This document shows, piece by piece, positions 1-9,799 of a stretch of DNA of 40,166 nt (within the stretch, counting starts at the first letter, position 1; each line of letters starts with the position of its first letter). The position numbers and the translations under genes are program-made. Source of the stretch: Asterionella formosa (Eukaryota); assembly GCA_002256025.1 (NCBI GenBank), contig NKIB01014852.1, positions 1 through 40,166 of the forward strand, read 5' to 3'. The notes beneath the pieces were generated by a model. That model did no database searches and was not told the origin of the DNA. It was given only the letters and a program-made list of their open reading frames with translations.

Positions 1-576
1 GATATAATTCAACATTTCAGGTCTCGTAAAAATAATACCGAGTCTACAGAGATAATATTATAACGTGTTCAAAGTAAGCGTTAAAGCATGCATGGTTGTT
101 TTTAGTACCACGTACGTATGTAGACTAGATGACTGCCGGTTCCGGTAGAATATCCGTTAAGCATCATTACATACATGACCGGAGCAAAAACTTGCCACCA
201 ACATCAGATGTATCGATATCATCGTGCGTCCGACGAAATATGGACGATGCGACTACATGAATACCTCGAGAAGACAAGCAATCCAACAATCAACCGCATC
301 CGTTAGGCAAAGAATCGCTACTGGCGTCATCGCGGACCTGATTTCGCTTCAAACCGGTCATGATGGACGACGATTGGCATGGTGAAAGGTGAATTGCCGG
401 AGTCCACTTTTCAGGAGACGAACAAAAACGAGGTGAATTCTAGATATAAATTATTAGAATCTGAATAGTATATAAAATGGTTTCCTTAAGTAGACCCCTT
501 GCCGATTTCGGCAATCCCAGGGCTGGAAAACCGAGGGGCAATTGGTGTCTGTTGTCTTGCCAAAATGCGAACATAT

Positions 577-680
577 GAAATATACAAAATATATTTTAAT
601 GATGGGCAATATCGGACCATTGGCAATTTTCGAGGTGAAGATAGGAAATATACAAAATATATTTTATATGATGGGCAATA
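577..680. repeat. Two direct copies of a ~35-bp AT-rich unit, probably subterminal repeats of the adjacent transposon relic
   Basis: GAAATATACAAAATATATTTTA(T)ATGATGGGCAATA at 577-611 and 645-680. Confidence 0.8.
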
Positions 681-1129
681 GTAGGCTAAAATTGACATTT
701 ATGCTAAATTTGTGGGCAGTAGGTAAGCGAATGACGCGACGATAGCTAGAGCGAGAATTGCCTCAACAATACCCTTCTCGGTTCTCGCAGCGCCGGGGGC
801 GCCACTCGTACGGTCAACCTACTCGCGCCACCCAGCCTCGAACACATGTATACTCGCAGGCAAGAGACCACCTCGGGCGTGTATTGCCTTCAGCATTGTT
901 GCATGGTCACTGCCTCGTATGGAGCGCAACCTCCAATAATTCTCCGACTACCTCTTATTTAAAAATTATTCCGAGCACAATGGTGAATAAAATAAATGTT
1001 CTAAATAGTCTACAATTACTACTAGGTGAACCTGACTACGGGTTTTTTGGTTCGTTTTTCGTAGATCGCACCCCGATTGGAATGTTTGCTCTGGAACCCC
1101 CCCCCCCTTGTTGAGCCTTTGTTAGTCAA

Positions 1130-1520
1130 TAGGCATAAGAAGAAAGGTTCTACACCAGAACAGTGACAATACATCATCGATTGCTCGCTTCGAAGCCTCA
1201 AAAGGGACAAGATCAGAGGCCATGATTTGGAGAACCGACTCGTAAATCCGGGTTTTCACCTGCAGTTGGCTAAACAATTCGACATCAGAAGAAGCACAAT
1301 TTATTCTATCTGGAAGCGTGCACTCGAATCAATCACAAACGGAGATAGTGAAAGTTACTTGGCACTGTCCTGGAAATATAAGAGTGGTAGAGGTAAAGAT
1401 ATTCTCCTGATGATTTTATATCAGCTGTCAAGTTGATTCCTTACCATCAGCAATGAACTTACCACACATCAGCAGGGAAGAAGCTTGGACTCCCGGTCAC
1501 TACAATCTTTCATACCAGCA
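1130..1520 (+). pseudogene. Mariner/Tc1-like transposase N-terminal HTH fragment, degenerate
   Basis: LAKQFDIRRSTIYSIWKRA...KSGRGK (ORF 1227-1436) followed in another frame by IPYHQQ*...KKLGLPVTTIFH resembles the paired HTH region of plant/stramenopile mariner-like transposases; stops and frameshifts; no DDE core follows. Confidence 0.6.
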
Positions 1521-2399
1521 ATTCAACCGAGATAGAGGTGATACAATTTTTTGTTTAGCGAGTCATTTTTACTCTTGTTTGTTGCATTTGTAGTAAGCCA
1601 ATCTTGAATATTGCTTGCATTCCAATCCATGTAGAGCATCATAACAACTATGTTGGCTGGATAGCGAAATCAAGTAAATTCAATAGCCCTAAATGATCCA
1701 CATTTATTGCTATTTAGCGTTCTACTCACCTAAATATACAAATCTAACCGACCTACCCTTAGCCAGCATCATCTCACGTAGAAAATGTATGTTGCTTCCA
1801 CAGAGTGAGGGCTTCTTTGAACAACGTCGATCGAGCTGGGCTTGGTGTTCAACTATACCGGAACAGAGAGAGTACTTGTTATTGGTAGAACCACCAGCAA
1901 GTTGAAATTATTTTGCTGAAATTGATAACTTGAAAAAGGTCATGCGCTTGAGTACATAGAAAATGTCATCAATTCACTCTTTAAAATTGTCTATACTATG
2001 ATCACCACTTACCACACAGGAGCCGAAAATTAACCAATTTTTTGGCTGTTTCGATTTTCACTTATGGCCATTGGCTAATATAGCTACATCATCAGATTCC
2101 AGCTATATAATTCAGAACAACAAACCTGCCGTGATGGTTTATAAAAGAATAGCAAAGAGAGGCACATGCATCAATTTGGAATTGGAATCACTTTAGTGGG
2201 CATGAAGACGATGTACCTGCAGTATTAGTAGGTAGCAAAATAGATGTACTAAAGTTAAAATGGCTTTGAGCCATGTCGAATGGCTTTGAGCCACTAAACA
2301 ATACAATATTCATAAAGTATACATAAAAAATTGTCAATTTAATCTTAGTATAGTACGTTAACGCGATCCAATAGTCGCATGTGTGCCCAAATAAATTGA

Positions 2400-2570
2400 C
2401 ACAATTAGTACAGTTTTATTCATCCATAAGGTAGCCTATAACGGAACCTGTCTCCTTGTCAACCACACAACCCGGAACCCTAGGTACTACATAAAAGAGC
2501 AACAGGTGGAGAATTCAGGAATCTAACCCGCCACCTCGTGAGGTGTGGTTATCACTAAGCCATTCCCCTT
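2400..2570 (-). mobile_element. Degenerate tRNA-headed SINE-like element
   Basis: Minus strand reads GGGGAATGGCTTAGTGATAACCACACCTCACGAGGTGGCGGGTTAGATTCC: A-box-like TGGCTTAGTG (identical to the 12.5-kb element) and B-box-like GGTTAGATTCC; 3' boundary uncertain. Confidence 0.45.
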
Positions 2571-3036
2571 ATTCACAGTGTATACATAGATTTTTTCTAA
2601 TTTTCCAGTTACTAACTATGACTATTTTTAGTACGACAAAGTTGTTTCTGACGTGCGTTGCGCTGCTGGATACAACATATCTTATTGTAGATTAGTAGTT
2701 CTTGTGTTTTAGATAATCAGATATATATGTCAGAAAGTAGCAATCGGCCAAAAATGGGCAAAGAAATCACACAATTGAGCTGGCATCTCCCGGAAATACA
2801 CACATACACTTGCGAAGAAAACTTACTATCTAATAGATATTTAGTTGCCTTTATTCGCCACAGACAATGTACTAAAGCTATAAATGAATCAATTAGTCAC
2901 TCTTGGTAAATAAATGCATTTTTTTGTGGGCAAAAAAATCGCGCCATATTTATATGTCAGAGACCATAATTCACATCAGAAATTGCTTCCGACGCACCAC
3001 AAGTTGAAGTAAATCGCGATCGTCTCATTAACAACG

Positions 3037-4216
3037 ATGAAAACTACAACAAGAAAACATCCTCAACAATCCAAAAAATACAAGGTGAGACCTAACTCTT
3101 TGGATAAGACTGTAGTGTTGCTTATTTTGAATAATATTATTATGGAATTAGAAACTTTAAAGGCAAATAACAATGGTAAAATACCACATGGTGCATTATT
3201 GAATATTGCTGCGTCTAAGGTGGCTACACTGACTTGAGCCAAGACATCACTGAACCCTTGTTGATCAGGTCATACAGTATCGCAATCATGAAGACACTAG
3301 AAACAGAATAAATCTGGACAAACTTGCCCGCCAACGAAGAGAAACAGCAATAAAGGTGCGATTGCAAGCAATAAACGATACACAGCCGGTCTTCATGTTG
3401 CTGCAGGCAGGTACTACTTGTTGGGTCCTGAAGTGGTTGATGACCAGCTGAAAAGGAACAGGCATGCTGAAGAAGTGCAGAGTGAGCAAGAGAATAAGAA
3501 AATTGACGCACACATTGCGCTTGCAAACAAGGTTTATGCATTCAGAACGCTTGACAAACATTCAGCAGAGTGTACAGTGGCGCAAACGAAAACAATGGCA
3601 ATGTGTGGTACAAGCAAGCAGGTGATCTTCCATTACCAAGAACAATGAAGCAACTTCTACTTACCAGATAGTACCATGACACCATGATCCATGGCAATGC
3701 TGATGCACCAGTTATAACTGTAAGGGCGCCACTTCCTAACTCTTTGGTTGCTCCTATTACATGACAAGATATGATGGGAGAACCACCAGTCTAAGAATGA
3801 TGCAACAACTAGCTACTGCGAAAAAGATGCAAGGAGTCTTCGATGGAACTGACAAGATAAAATGGCAACACAACCAGTCTAAGAAGAATCATGCAACTAC
3901 TGCGAAAAAACATGCAAACAATATAATATTTTCTAACCGTTCTTGCCTATAATAATAACTAGTACATGTATGGTAAAATTTAAATCAGTGGCTTTGAGCC
4001 ACTTCGAGTGGTTTTATCGCTTTTCAAATGGATAGATCTCGCTCAGTTAATATATGTTGAAGTTTAAAAATGATCTAATTTTCATGTAGCATAATGAACT
4101 AAGTAATATTGTGCCAAAGAGCGAAAGAGGGGATCAATTTTAGTAAAAATCTAGAAAAAGTGATATAATAAAGTGGCTCATAGCCATAATATATAATTAG
4201 CCTGACCACCACCGTA
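3037..4216 (+). mobile_element. Internally deleted, degenerate pogo-like DNA transposon related to the 9.8-12.1 kb copy
   Basis: ILNNIIMELETLKANNNGKIPHGA matches ILTNIVSKLEVLRANKNGILPHGA at 9.87 kb; LGPEV (3421) matches LGPEM (12052); the DDE core between them is absent; TGGCT(T/A)TGAGCCAC motifs at 3989 and 4173; candidate terminus ...CACCACCG|TA at ~4216. Confidence 0.65.
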
Positions 4217-4269
4217 CCCGAGCAGTTACCTGTTTTTTCCTGATAGTAAAATCTGACTTCTACCGAAAC

Positions 4270-4470
4270 TCCCAAGGTACCTGGTACCGGCACTGTTACC
4301 AGGTTACCATGTACAAGTTGTACCAGATACCACTCCTCACGGCCGATATAGAGATATCATTCTAGACTCTAAGATACCAGTACCAGCACTCTATCTAGAC
4401 CAATCATAGATACATAAATGTACCAGTGGTATATACCGGTAGTCGACATTTTTATGTACCGGTATACTCC
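4270..4470. repeat. ACC(W)GGT/GGTACC palindromic micro-repeat cluster
   Basis: GGTACCTGGTACCGG, TACCAGGT, TACCGGTA, GTACCGGTA upstream of the 4555 gene. Confidence 0.75.
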
Positions 4471-4554
4471 GTATCGGATAATAAAATCCAACATACATTC
4501 TCTTGGATGTGAGTAGGGGGTCTGCAACAAGAAGTTCATGAGAACAATGAGTTC

Positions 4555-5511
4555 ATGAGGACCATGATGGCGACGCAAGAACGGTCCCTAACTAATATAA
4601 CATGTCCATCGTATGGCAGCTGCGCTACTCTTAGTTTCCAAATTCAAGGACTCTACTATCTCTTCTGCCTTGTTTCTGCCGTAATTCAAACGGCCTATGT
4701 TGTATCCCGAATCTCCCGCCGAAGGAAGCAAAATTGTCCTTCGAAAGAACAACTAGGGATCGGAGAGTGGCATCTACTTCTCGGGAGAATCGGTCTTTTG
4801 ATTTTGACTGTAGGCACGGCACTAGACAACCTTCGGCTTTTTACTGGTGCGTTCACGCAAGCATGGCCATCGTCCATTTGGAATTCTCCCGATGCGAGAA
4901 TCGCCACAGTGACATGGGCTCTTGATGATTACAAAGGAGCACAAATTCAAAGCCTCCTATGGTGGATTTGTGCCTTTTTTCACATAGTCATGGTTCCTTT
5001 GAGCACGTTCTCGATCAAGAATCTAATTTATCAAGGGATTCATCAAGCTGAAGGTCGGTACAAAATGCACTTCGTACCTATCAACAAAGAAATGTGGTTT
5101 TTGTCGTCCACGATTATGACTCTTTGTCTATTAGTTCCAAGCGCATACGGATTTATAGTTGGGCCTATGCAAGGTCCGTTAGAAGTTCGTAGATTGTCTG
5201 GGATGAATACACTTTCATCGTCAATAAAGAGTCCCGTTTTGCACGGACTTTTGGCTGTGATCACATGGCAACTCTGCGTTATATTCGTGGCTTTGTTTCT
5301 TTTCATTATCCAGGGCAAATCTCGAAGATTTGAAAACATGATCCTCCTTTTGTGCAATATGTTTTGTTTGTTTTTGCAGGCTATCGCTAATTCGGGGGAT
5401 GGCGACTTGTCAGCTTTGTCCAACCTATCGGAGCAGCTAGCGATTGGCTCTCAGGTTTGGGCGGACTCGGTGCACAACAACGACGACGTTTTAGAACGCA
5501 AAAGGCAATAG
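4555..5511 (+). CDS. Uncharacterised multi-pass (~6-7 TM) membrane protein, intronless
   Basis: 318-aa ORF with regularly spaced hydrophobic segments and embedded polar residues (DN, H, N-x-x-E); start may be any of the first three Met. Confidence 0.8.
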   Translation: MRTMMATQERSLTNITCPSYGSCATLSFQIQGLYYLFCLVSAVIQTAYVVSRISRRRKQNCPSKEQLGIGEWHLLLGRIGLLILTVGTALDNLRLFTGAFTQAWPSSIWNSPDARIATVTWALDDYKGAQIQSLLWWICAFFHIVMVPLSTFSIKNLIYQGIHQAEGRYKMHFVPINKEMWFLSSTIMTLCLLVPSAYGFIVGPMQGPLEVRRLSGMNTLSSSIKSPVLHGLLAVITWQLCVIFVALFLFIIQGKSRRFENMILLLCNMFCLFLQAIANSGDGDLSALSNLSEQLAIGSQVWADSVHNNDDVLERKRQ

Positions 5512-5775
5512 CAATCCGCCTTCAAAATTACTATCCACCGATCTTTGGACGGAATAGAGCGCCTTAAATAATTACATTCTACTAAAAGTAGGATGAATGC
5601 AAGCTACAAAGAAATTGTCCTTTCGTATTCAGTTCACTTTTATCCCGAATGCGGAGTGAGTAAGTCTTAGACTGAGCTTATCCTTGAGCATTGCTACTGT
5701 AGATCAAGATGGCTAGAAGATTAAAACACACGAGTTTGCACTTTCCCATCAAGTTGCGATATGGAGCTTCTTGAC

Positions 5776-8325
5776 TTAGTTGCGGAGGAGAGCTGGGTGA
5801 ATGGTATCAGCGTAACGCAAAGATCCGAGGAGATCAACTTCCAAGGCTGCCACTCCACATGCATCAGAGCAAAACATAGAATCGAAGCGAGGATGCATCA
5901 CGCAACCCGCTCTTACACATTGTTGCAATGATTGGGTAGGGTTCGCGTGTTCTGGCAATCTCTCGAGAACAGATTTTTGAGAATAATATCGTCGTCCTGT
6001 CGAACCTTCGTCGCTGCCAACCGCCTCAACCAGGCCATCTGAGCTGTCTCGCTCCTCGCTAAGGATATCATCATCAGCAGGGTCAAAAAGATTTCTTCTT
6101 CGTTGCTCGTAACCAACAGGGAATTCAAGATTAGTATCGTTTTGAAGGAATACAATCATGTTATGACGATCAGTTGCTCCTTCTGCATCCTCAATTGACA
6201 CTAGAAGGCGTTCTAGTTCTCGGGAACGGACCTTTACACGTTCTTTTGGGCGATAGCCGTATCCTCGACCTAGACGAGTCACCATATCGGACCAATGCTT
6301 TTCTGCTTTATCATGACGAGAGTTAACTCTGCGAGTGTGACCGACAATGTGAGCAGGCGACACACTCCCTAGGGGCCACTTGTACTGGCCTGCGTGCTTG
6401 GAAAATGCAGATTGCCGGATGACTGCGGAAGTAGCGAGGCCACGGCGTAGCAGTTCGATACGTTCCTTCTCAAGGAGCATTTTAGCCTTCGGAAATTCCT
6501 CGAGGAAGGGTTTTTCCGCATGACAGCGGTCACAGAGTGCAACGAACGCTTCCTGGGTAGTGTCGCGAATCGTCAGTGGTTTATAGTGACCACCGCATGC
6601 CGCATGTCGCCAGGAGCTACACACGGAGCAACAAACCATTGGTTCATTGCAGTAGTTCTCTGTAACTTGCCAACAAAATGCGTGGTCTGGGGCAGTTGCA
6701 ACTTTCATAGATCGCATTGCCATACGATGAATTCGACAATGCGGGAGCTTTTCCAGAACACCGGGTTCTATTTTGTCGGCCAATCGTTGACGGATAGCAG
6801 TAGCATCGAGTCGGAAAGGGGAATCCTCGCTTGTAAGAGTTGGTTCTTCAACAAAGTCTTCTTCGTCGCTCTTTTCAGCATGAATTCTTCGCTCCTTTCG
6901 GATGATTGATACAGCTGGCCACCATGTATCGACAGGGTAAGGATATTCAACAGTCATACCAAGGCTAGACTTGACACTTGCAATAGTCGAGTTTTCCTTA
7001 GTCGACAATGGAGTTTGTTCTACAACTTCTGTCGTGGGAAGTGGACGATCAGACAACATATCAAGCTCTCTGAATTCTGGTTCCTTTGGAAGTCGAGGAA
7101 GTGTAGACTTGAATCCGGGAAGTTCGATGTACTCGTCTTCCTCGAGCTCGTCCTCTTCGGGTTCGGTGTCATACCAAACTGCCGTCTCTTTGAAGTTGAC
7201 TATGCATCTTGCAGCATCAACTGCTTTATCTTCGGCTTCAGCCGCTGCAACAATATCATTAACTGTTCCCTTAGTGAAATAATTTTCGGCTTCAGGTGCA
7301 GGGTCAAGATCAGGTTCATAATCCGGTTCGGGATTAGGTTCAGGCTCAGGATCGGGTGTGTTGGATTCCAAACCCTGTGGTGGTCCATCTCCGGCGAGGG
7401 CTGCAAGAGCTTCCTTGGCTAATTCGATTTCACCGTAAAGGTCATTTGTTGTGAAAGATGAAGCTGCATTTTCAGTCTTTATTTTCTTCGCGACGCCTCC
7501 GGCAAGGATCTTGTGGCCCTTGATGGTCGGCATAGGTTTCTTGCCCTTGGGTCTCCCACGTTTCTTCTTAATTTGAGTGGGGTCCTTGATAGCTGTCCCA
7601 CCCCCGTCAGTGATTGCCGGTTGCTTACCAGTGCCGGTCTTGGGTGTTTTTGGTGTTTTGTTTTTCCTTGTGATCTTGTCTTGTTCTTTCTTTACAGCAT
7701 TATCAGCTTTCGGTGTTTCCTCTCGCTGATCAAAGCTGCGCTTTCTTTGAATGCTATTCGATGGAGTTCTGCGAATGGCATTTGCAGCCAAAGAATCAGC
7801 GATAATAGCTTCAGCGGTCATTTCAGGTCCCCCCAGTGCATTCGAAATGGCCATGCTTGGTTGAATTTGTTGAAGATGCTGCTGCACCTGCTGATGGCGA
7901 CGGAGTTGGTCCTGGTGATGCATGATGAATTGTTCCTCGCGGAATTGAGCGGCCAAGGCGCTTCCTCCAAACTGAAGTTCATAGAGACTCGCAGCGTTCA
8001 AACCAGAACCAGATGCCCCTGCACCTTGCATAAGAGCCTGATGATCAAGTCGGTCTTGGAGAATTAAGCGCTGGATTTGAATGTCTCGTTGGAGCTCCTG
8101 CTGTCGTTGGATATAGAGGGCCTCTTCCATTTCCAAAGCCGCCTGCAACTGATAGCGCATTATAAATTTAAGAGAACAGTTAGAATAAGTGATAAGGGTT
8201 CTGTGCGGCAATAAGAAGTCTTTGCAATGATGTAGTCCTGTAATATGTTGAAACAGGCTCGAACTTACTGTTTGCCTATGTTGGCCAGAAGCAGTATCAT
8301 ACGGATTCAATCGATTGTGATCCAT
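5776..8325 (-). CDS. Chromatin-associated protein: Gln-rich N-terminus, AT-hook, PHD-like finger, C-terminal Cys4 zinc motif; probable exons 8325-8269 and 8148-5776 (~809 aa)
   Basis: KKKRGRPKGK AT-hook; MVCCSVCSSWRHAACG...LCDRC PHD-like; CVRAGC...FCSDACG; in-frame 120-nt intron 8268-8149 with GTAAGT donor, TTCTAAC branch and CAG acceptor; start Met uncertain (ORF is open to 8448). Confidence 0.85.
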   Translation of the reverse strand: MDHNRLNPYDTASGQHRQTVSSSLFQHITGLHHCKDFLLPHRTLITYSNCSLKFIMRYQLQAALEMEEALYIQRQQELQRDIQIQRLILQDRLDHQALMQGAGASGSGLNAASLYELQFGGSALAAQFREEQFIMHHQDQLRRHQQVQQHLQQIQPSMAISNALGGPEMTAEAIIADSLAANAIRRTPSNSIQRKRSFDQREETPKADNAVKKEQDKITRKNKTPKTPKTGTGKQPAITDGGGTAIKDPTQIKKKRGRPKGKKPMPTIKGHKILAGGVAKKIKTENAASSFTTNDLYGEIELAKEALAALAGDGPPQGLESNTPDPEPEPNPEPDYEPDLDPAPEAENYFTKGTVNDIVAAAEAEDKAVDAARCIVNFKETAVWYDTEPEEDELEEDEYIELPGFKSTLPRLPKEPEFRELDMLSDRPLPTTEVVEQTPLSTKENSTIASVKSSLGMTVEYPYPVDTWWPAVSIIRKERRIHAEKSDEEDFVEEPTLTSEDSPFRLDATAIRQRLADKIEPGVLEKLPHCRIHRMAMRSMKVATAPDHAFCWQVTENYCNEPMVCCSVCSSWRHAACGGHYKPLTIRDTTQEAFVALCDRCHAEKPFLEEFPKAKMLLEKERIELLRRGLATSAVIRQSAFSKHAGQYKWPLGSVSPAHIVGHTRRVNSRHDKAEKHWSDMVTRLGRGYGYRPKERVKVRSRELERLLVSIEDAEGATDRHNMIVFLQNDTNLEFPVGYEQRRRNLFDPADDDILSEERDSSDGLVEAVGSDEGSTGRRYYSQKSVLERLPEHANPTQSLQQCVRAGCVMHPRFDSMFCSDACGVAALEVDLLGSLRYADTIHPALLRN

Positions 8326-8992
8326 TTTGTGCGATGCGTGGATATTCAGCGCAATTAATTGTAAATGCGAAAGCTGCGATGGAGAAGGAAAAGGGGTTGA
8401 GATTGGCACATTTCCACGGCCCATCAGTTCCTGCGCAACTTGCAACAACTGTAGAGTCGTATTTGGAATGACGAAAAGATACGTATGGAGCTAAACAGAC
8501 CGCAATATTTGAAATTCTGCATGCTTCCGTCCTCTTGATATGATTGTGTCCTCCAACTTACCTCTCTACTTTTCCTAAGGGATAAGGATTGATGGCCATT
8601 ACTCAGGAGAAGATCAATGACTGGATATGAAAGCGAGTCAGAGTCGATTAAGAATTATAGGGAGTACAATCGATGTTGCGCTGAGTGAAGCACGAAAATT
8701 TTGATCATCATGAGTGCTTGTTACGAAGTGGGGACACAGCAGAGTTGGATTTCGTGTGTGGGGCAGATGTACTGCTGTGACAAAAATGAAAGACAGAATT
8801 AATTAATCCTCAAGAGTGATTTACTGTCAACATCCATAACACGGTACCCAGTATAGATAACTTTTATTCGTGACTTCAATTTTCGACACTTCACAAAGAA
8901 AGAAAATGATTTCCTGTATGATGGGCAAGTTGGATCGACATTATTGGTTCCCTTTAAATACTTCGCCTTGTTACTGCACATATTGTCCATTC

Positions 8993-9176
8993 TACCAGGT
9001 ACCAGTTCTGGTACCAGCACCATCCAACCGGTTGCAACGACACATCACATACCGGTACCAGGTACCCGGTTTATAGTTCGTATGCCGGTACCGGTATGTC
9101 TCGGCGGTGCAACAGGTACCAGGTACTCCGCCATACATGCATTCTAATCATCCGGTAGAATACAGGTACCGGTAGT
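8993..9176. repeat. ACC(W)GGT/GGTACC palindromic micro-repeat cluster
   Basis: ACCGGTACCAGGTACCCGGT, CCGGTACCGGTA, AGGTACCAGGTAC upstream of the PHD gene. Confidence 0.85.
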
Positions 9177-9799
9177 TCTTTTCAAAGGAACTTCAGACAA
9201 TATATTGGTTCGTAAATACCATACGCGATCTCATTTCGATTGTCATTATTCACCAGGATTCTGGTATACGGGGACGTATTCCCAACATACAGTTTGGATG
9301 CATAACAAAAATGGAATATATGATAGTAAATGCCAGTTAAGCTTTGAACCTCTATAAAAATTATTTTACCGCTTTGGACCTCTATACGTGGAATAACACG
9401 TTTTGTCACGAATTTTTGATAGTTTACAAATCTGAAACTATCGCTCCATTTGCAGCTGAGCATATAGCGCTTCTATATGCGTGAACGAGCTGCACCGAAA
9501 ATTCATTTCTGGTACAAGGTACATATAATCGATAAAAATACGTGAAAGTGTCGATCGACCTTTTTTGTACAAAATAGCTGTGGCCTCGGAGTACATGAGA
9601 ATATGTATACCGGTACACACATGAATTAGGTAAACCTTATTATCATATATTTATTTAGATCGCACTTACATTACCAGTAATTTAGCTCCATAGTAATTAT
9701 ACCAAATGAATTAATTGATGGCGCACCCGTCAAAACATGCAATAAAATGTGCGCCATACTACTAATATATATAATCCATTTTGTTTCATTGAAAACATC

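Noticed and set aside
170..460. Coding-like GC-richer stretch at the left edge
   Set aside because: Stops in the plus-strand frames I read, no ORF in the track and no recognisable motif; cannot be assigned
5913..8067. Antisense and alternate-frame ORFs overlapping long genes (here and across NPL4, trpCF, ARM, UbiA)
   Set aside because: Expected shadow ORFs of real coding sequence, with no independent features
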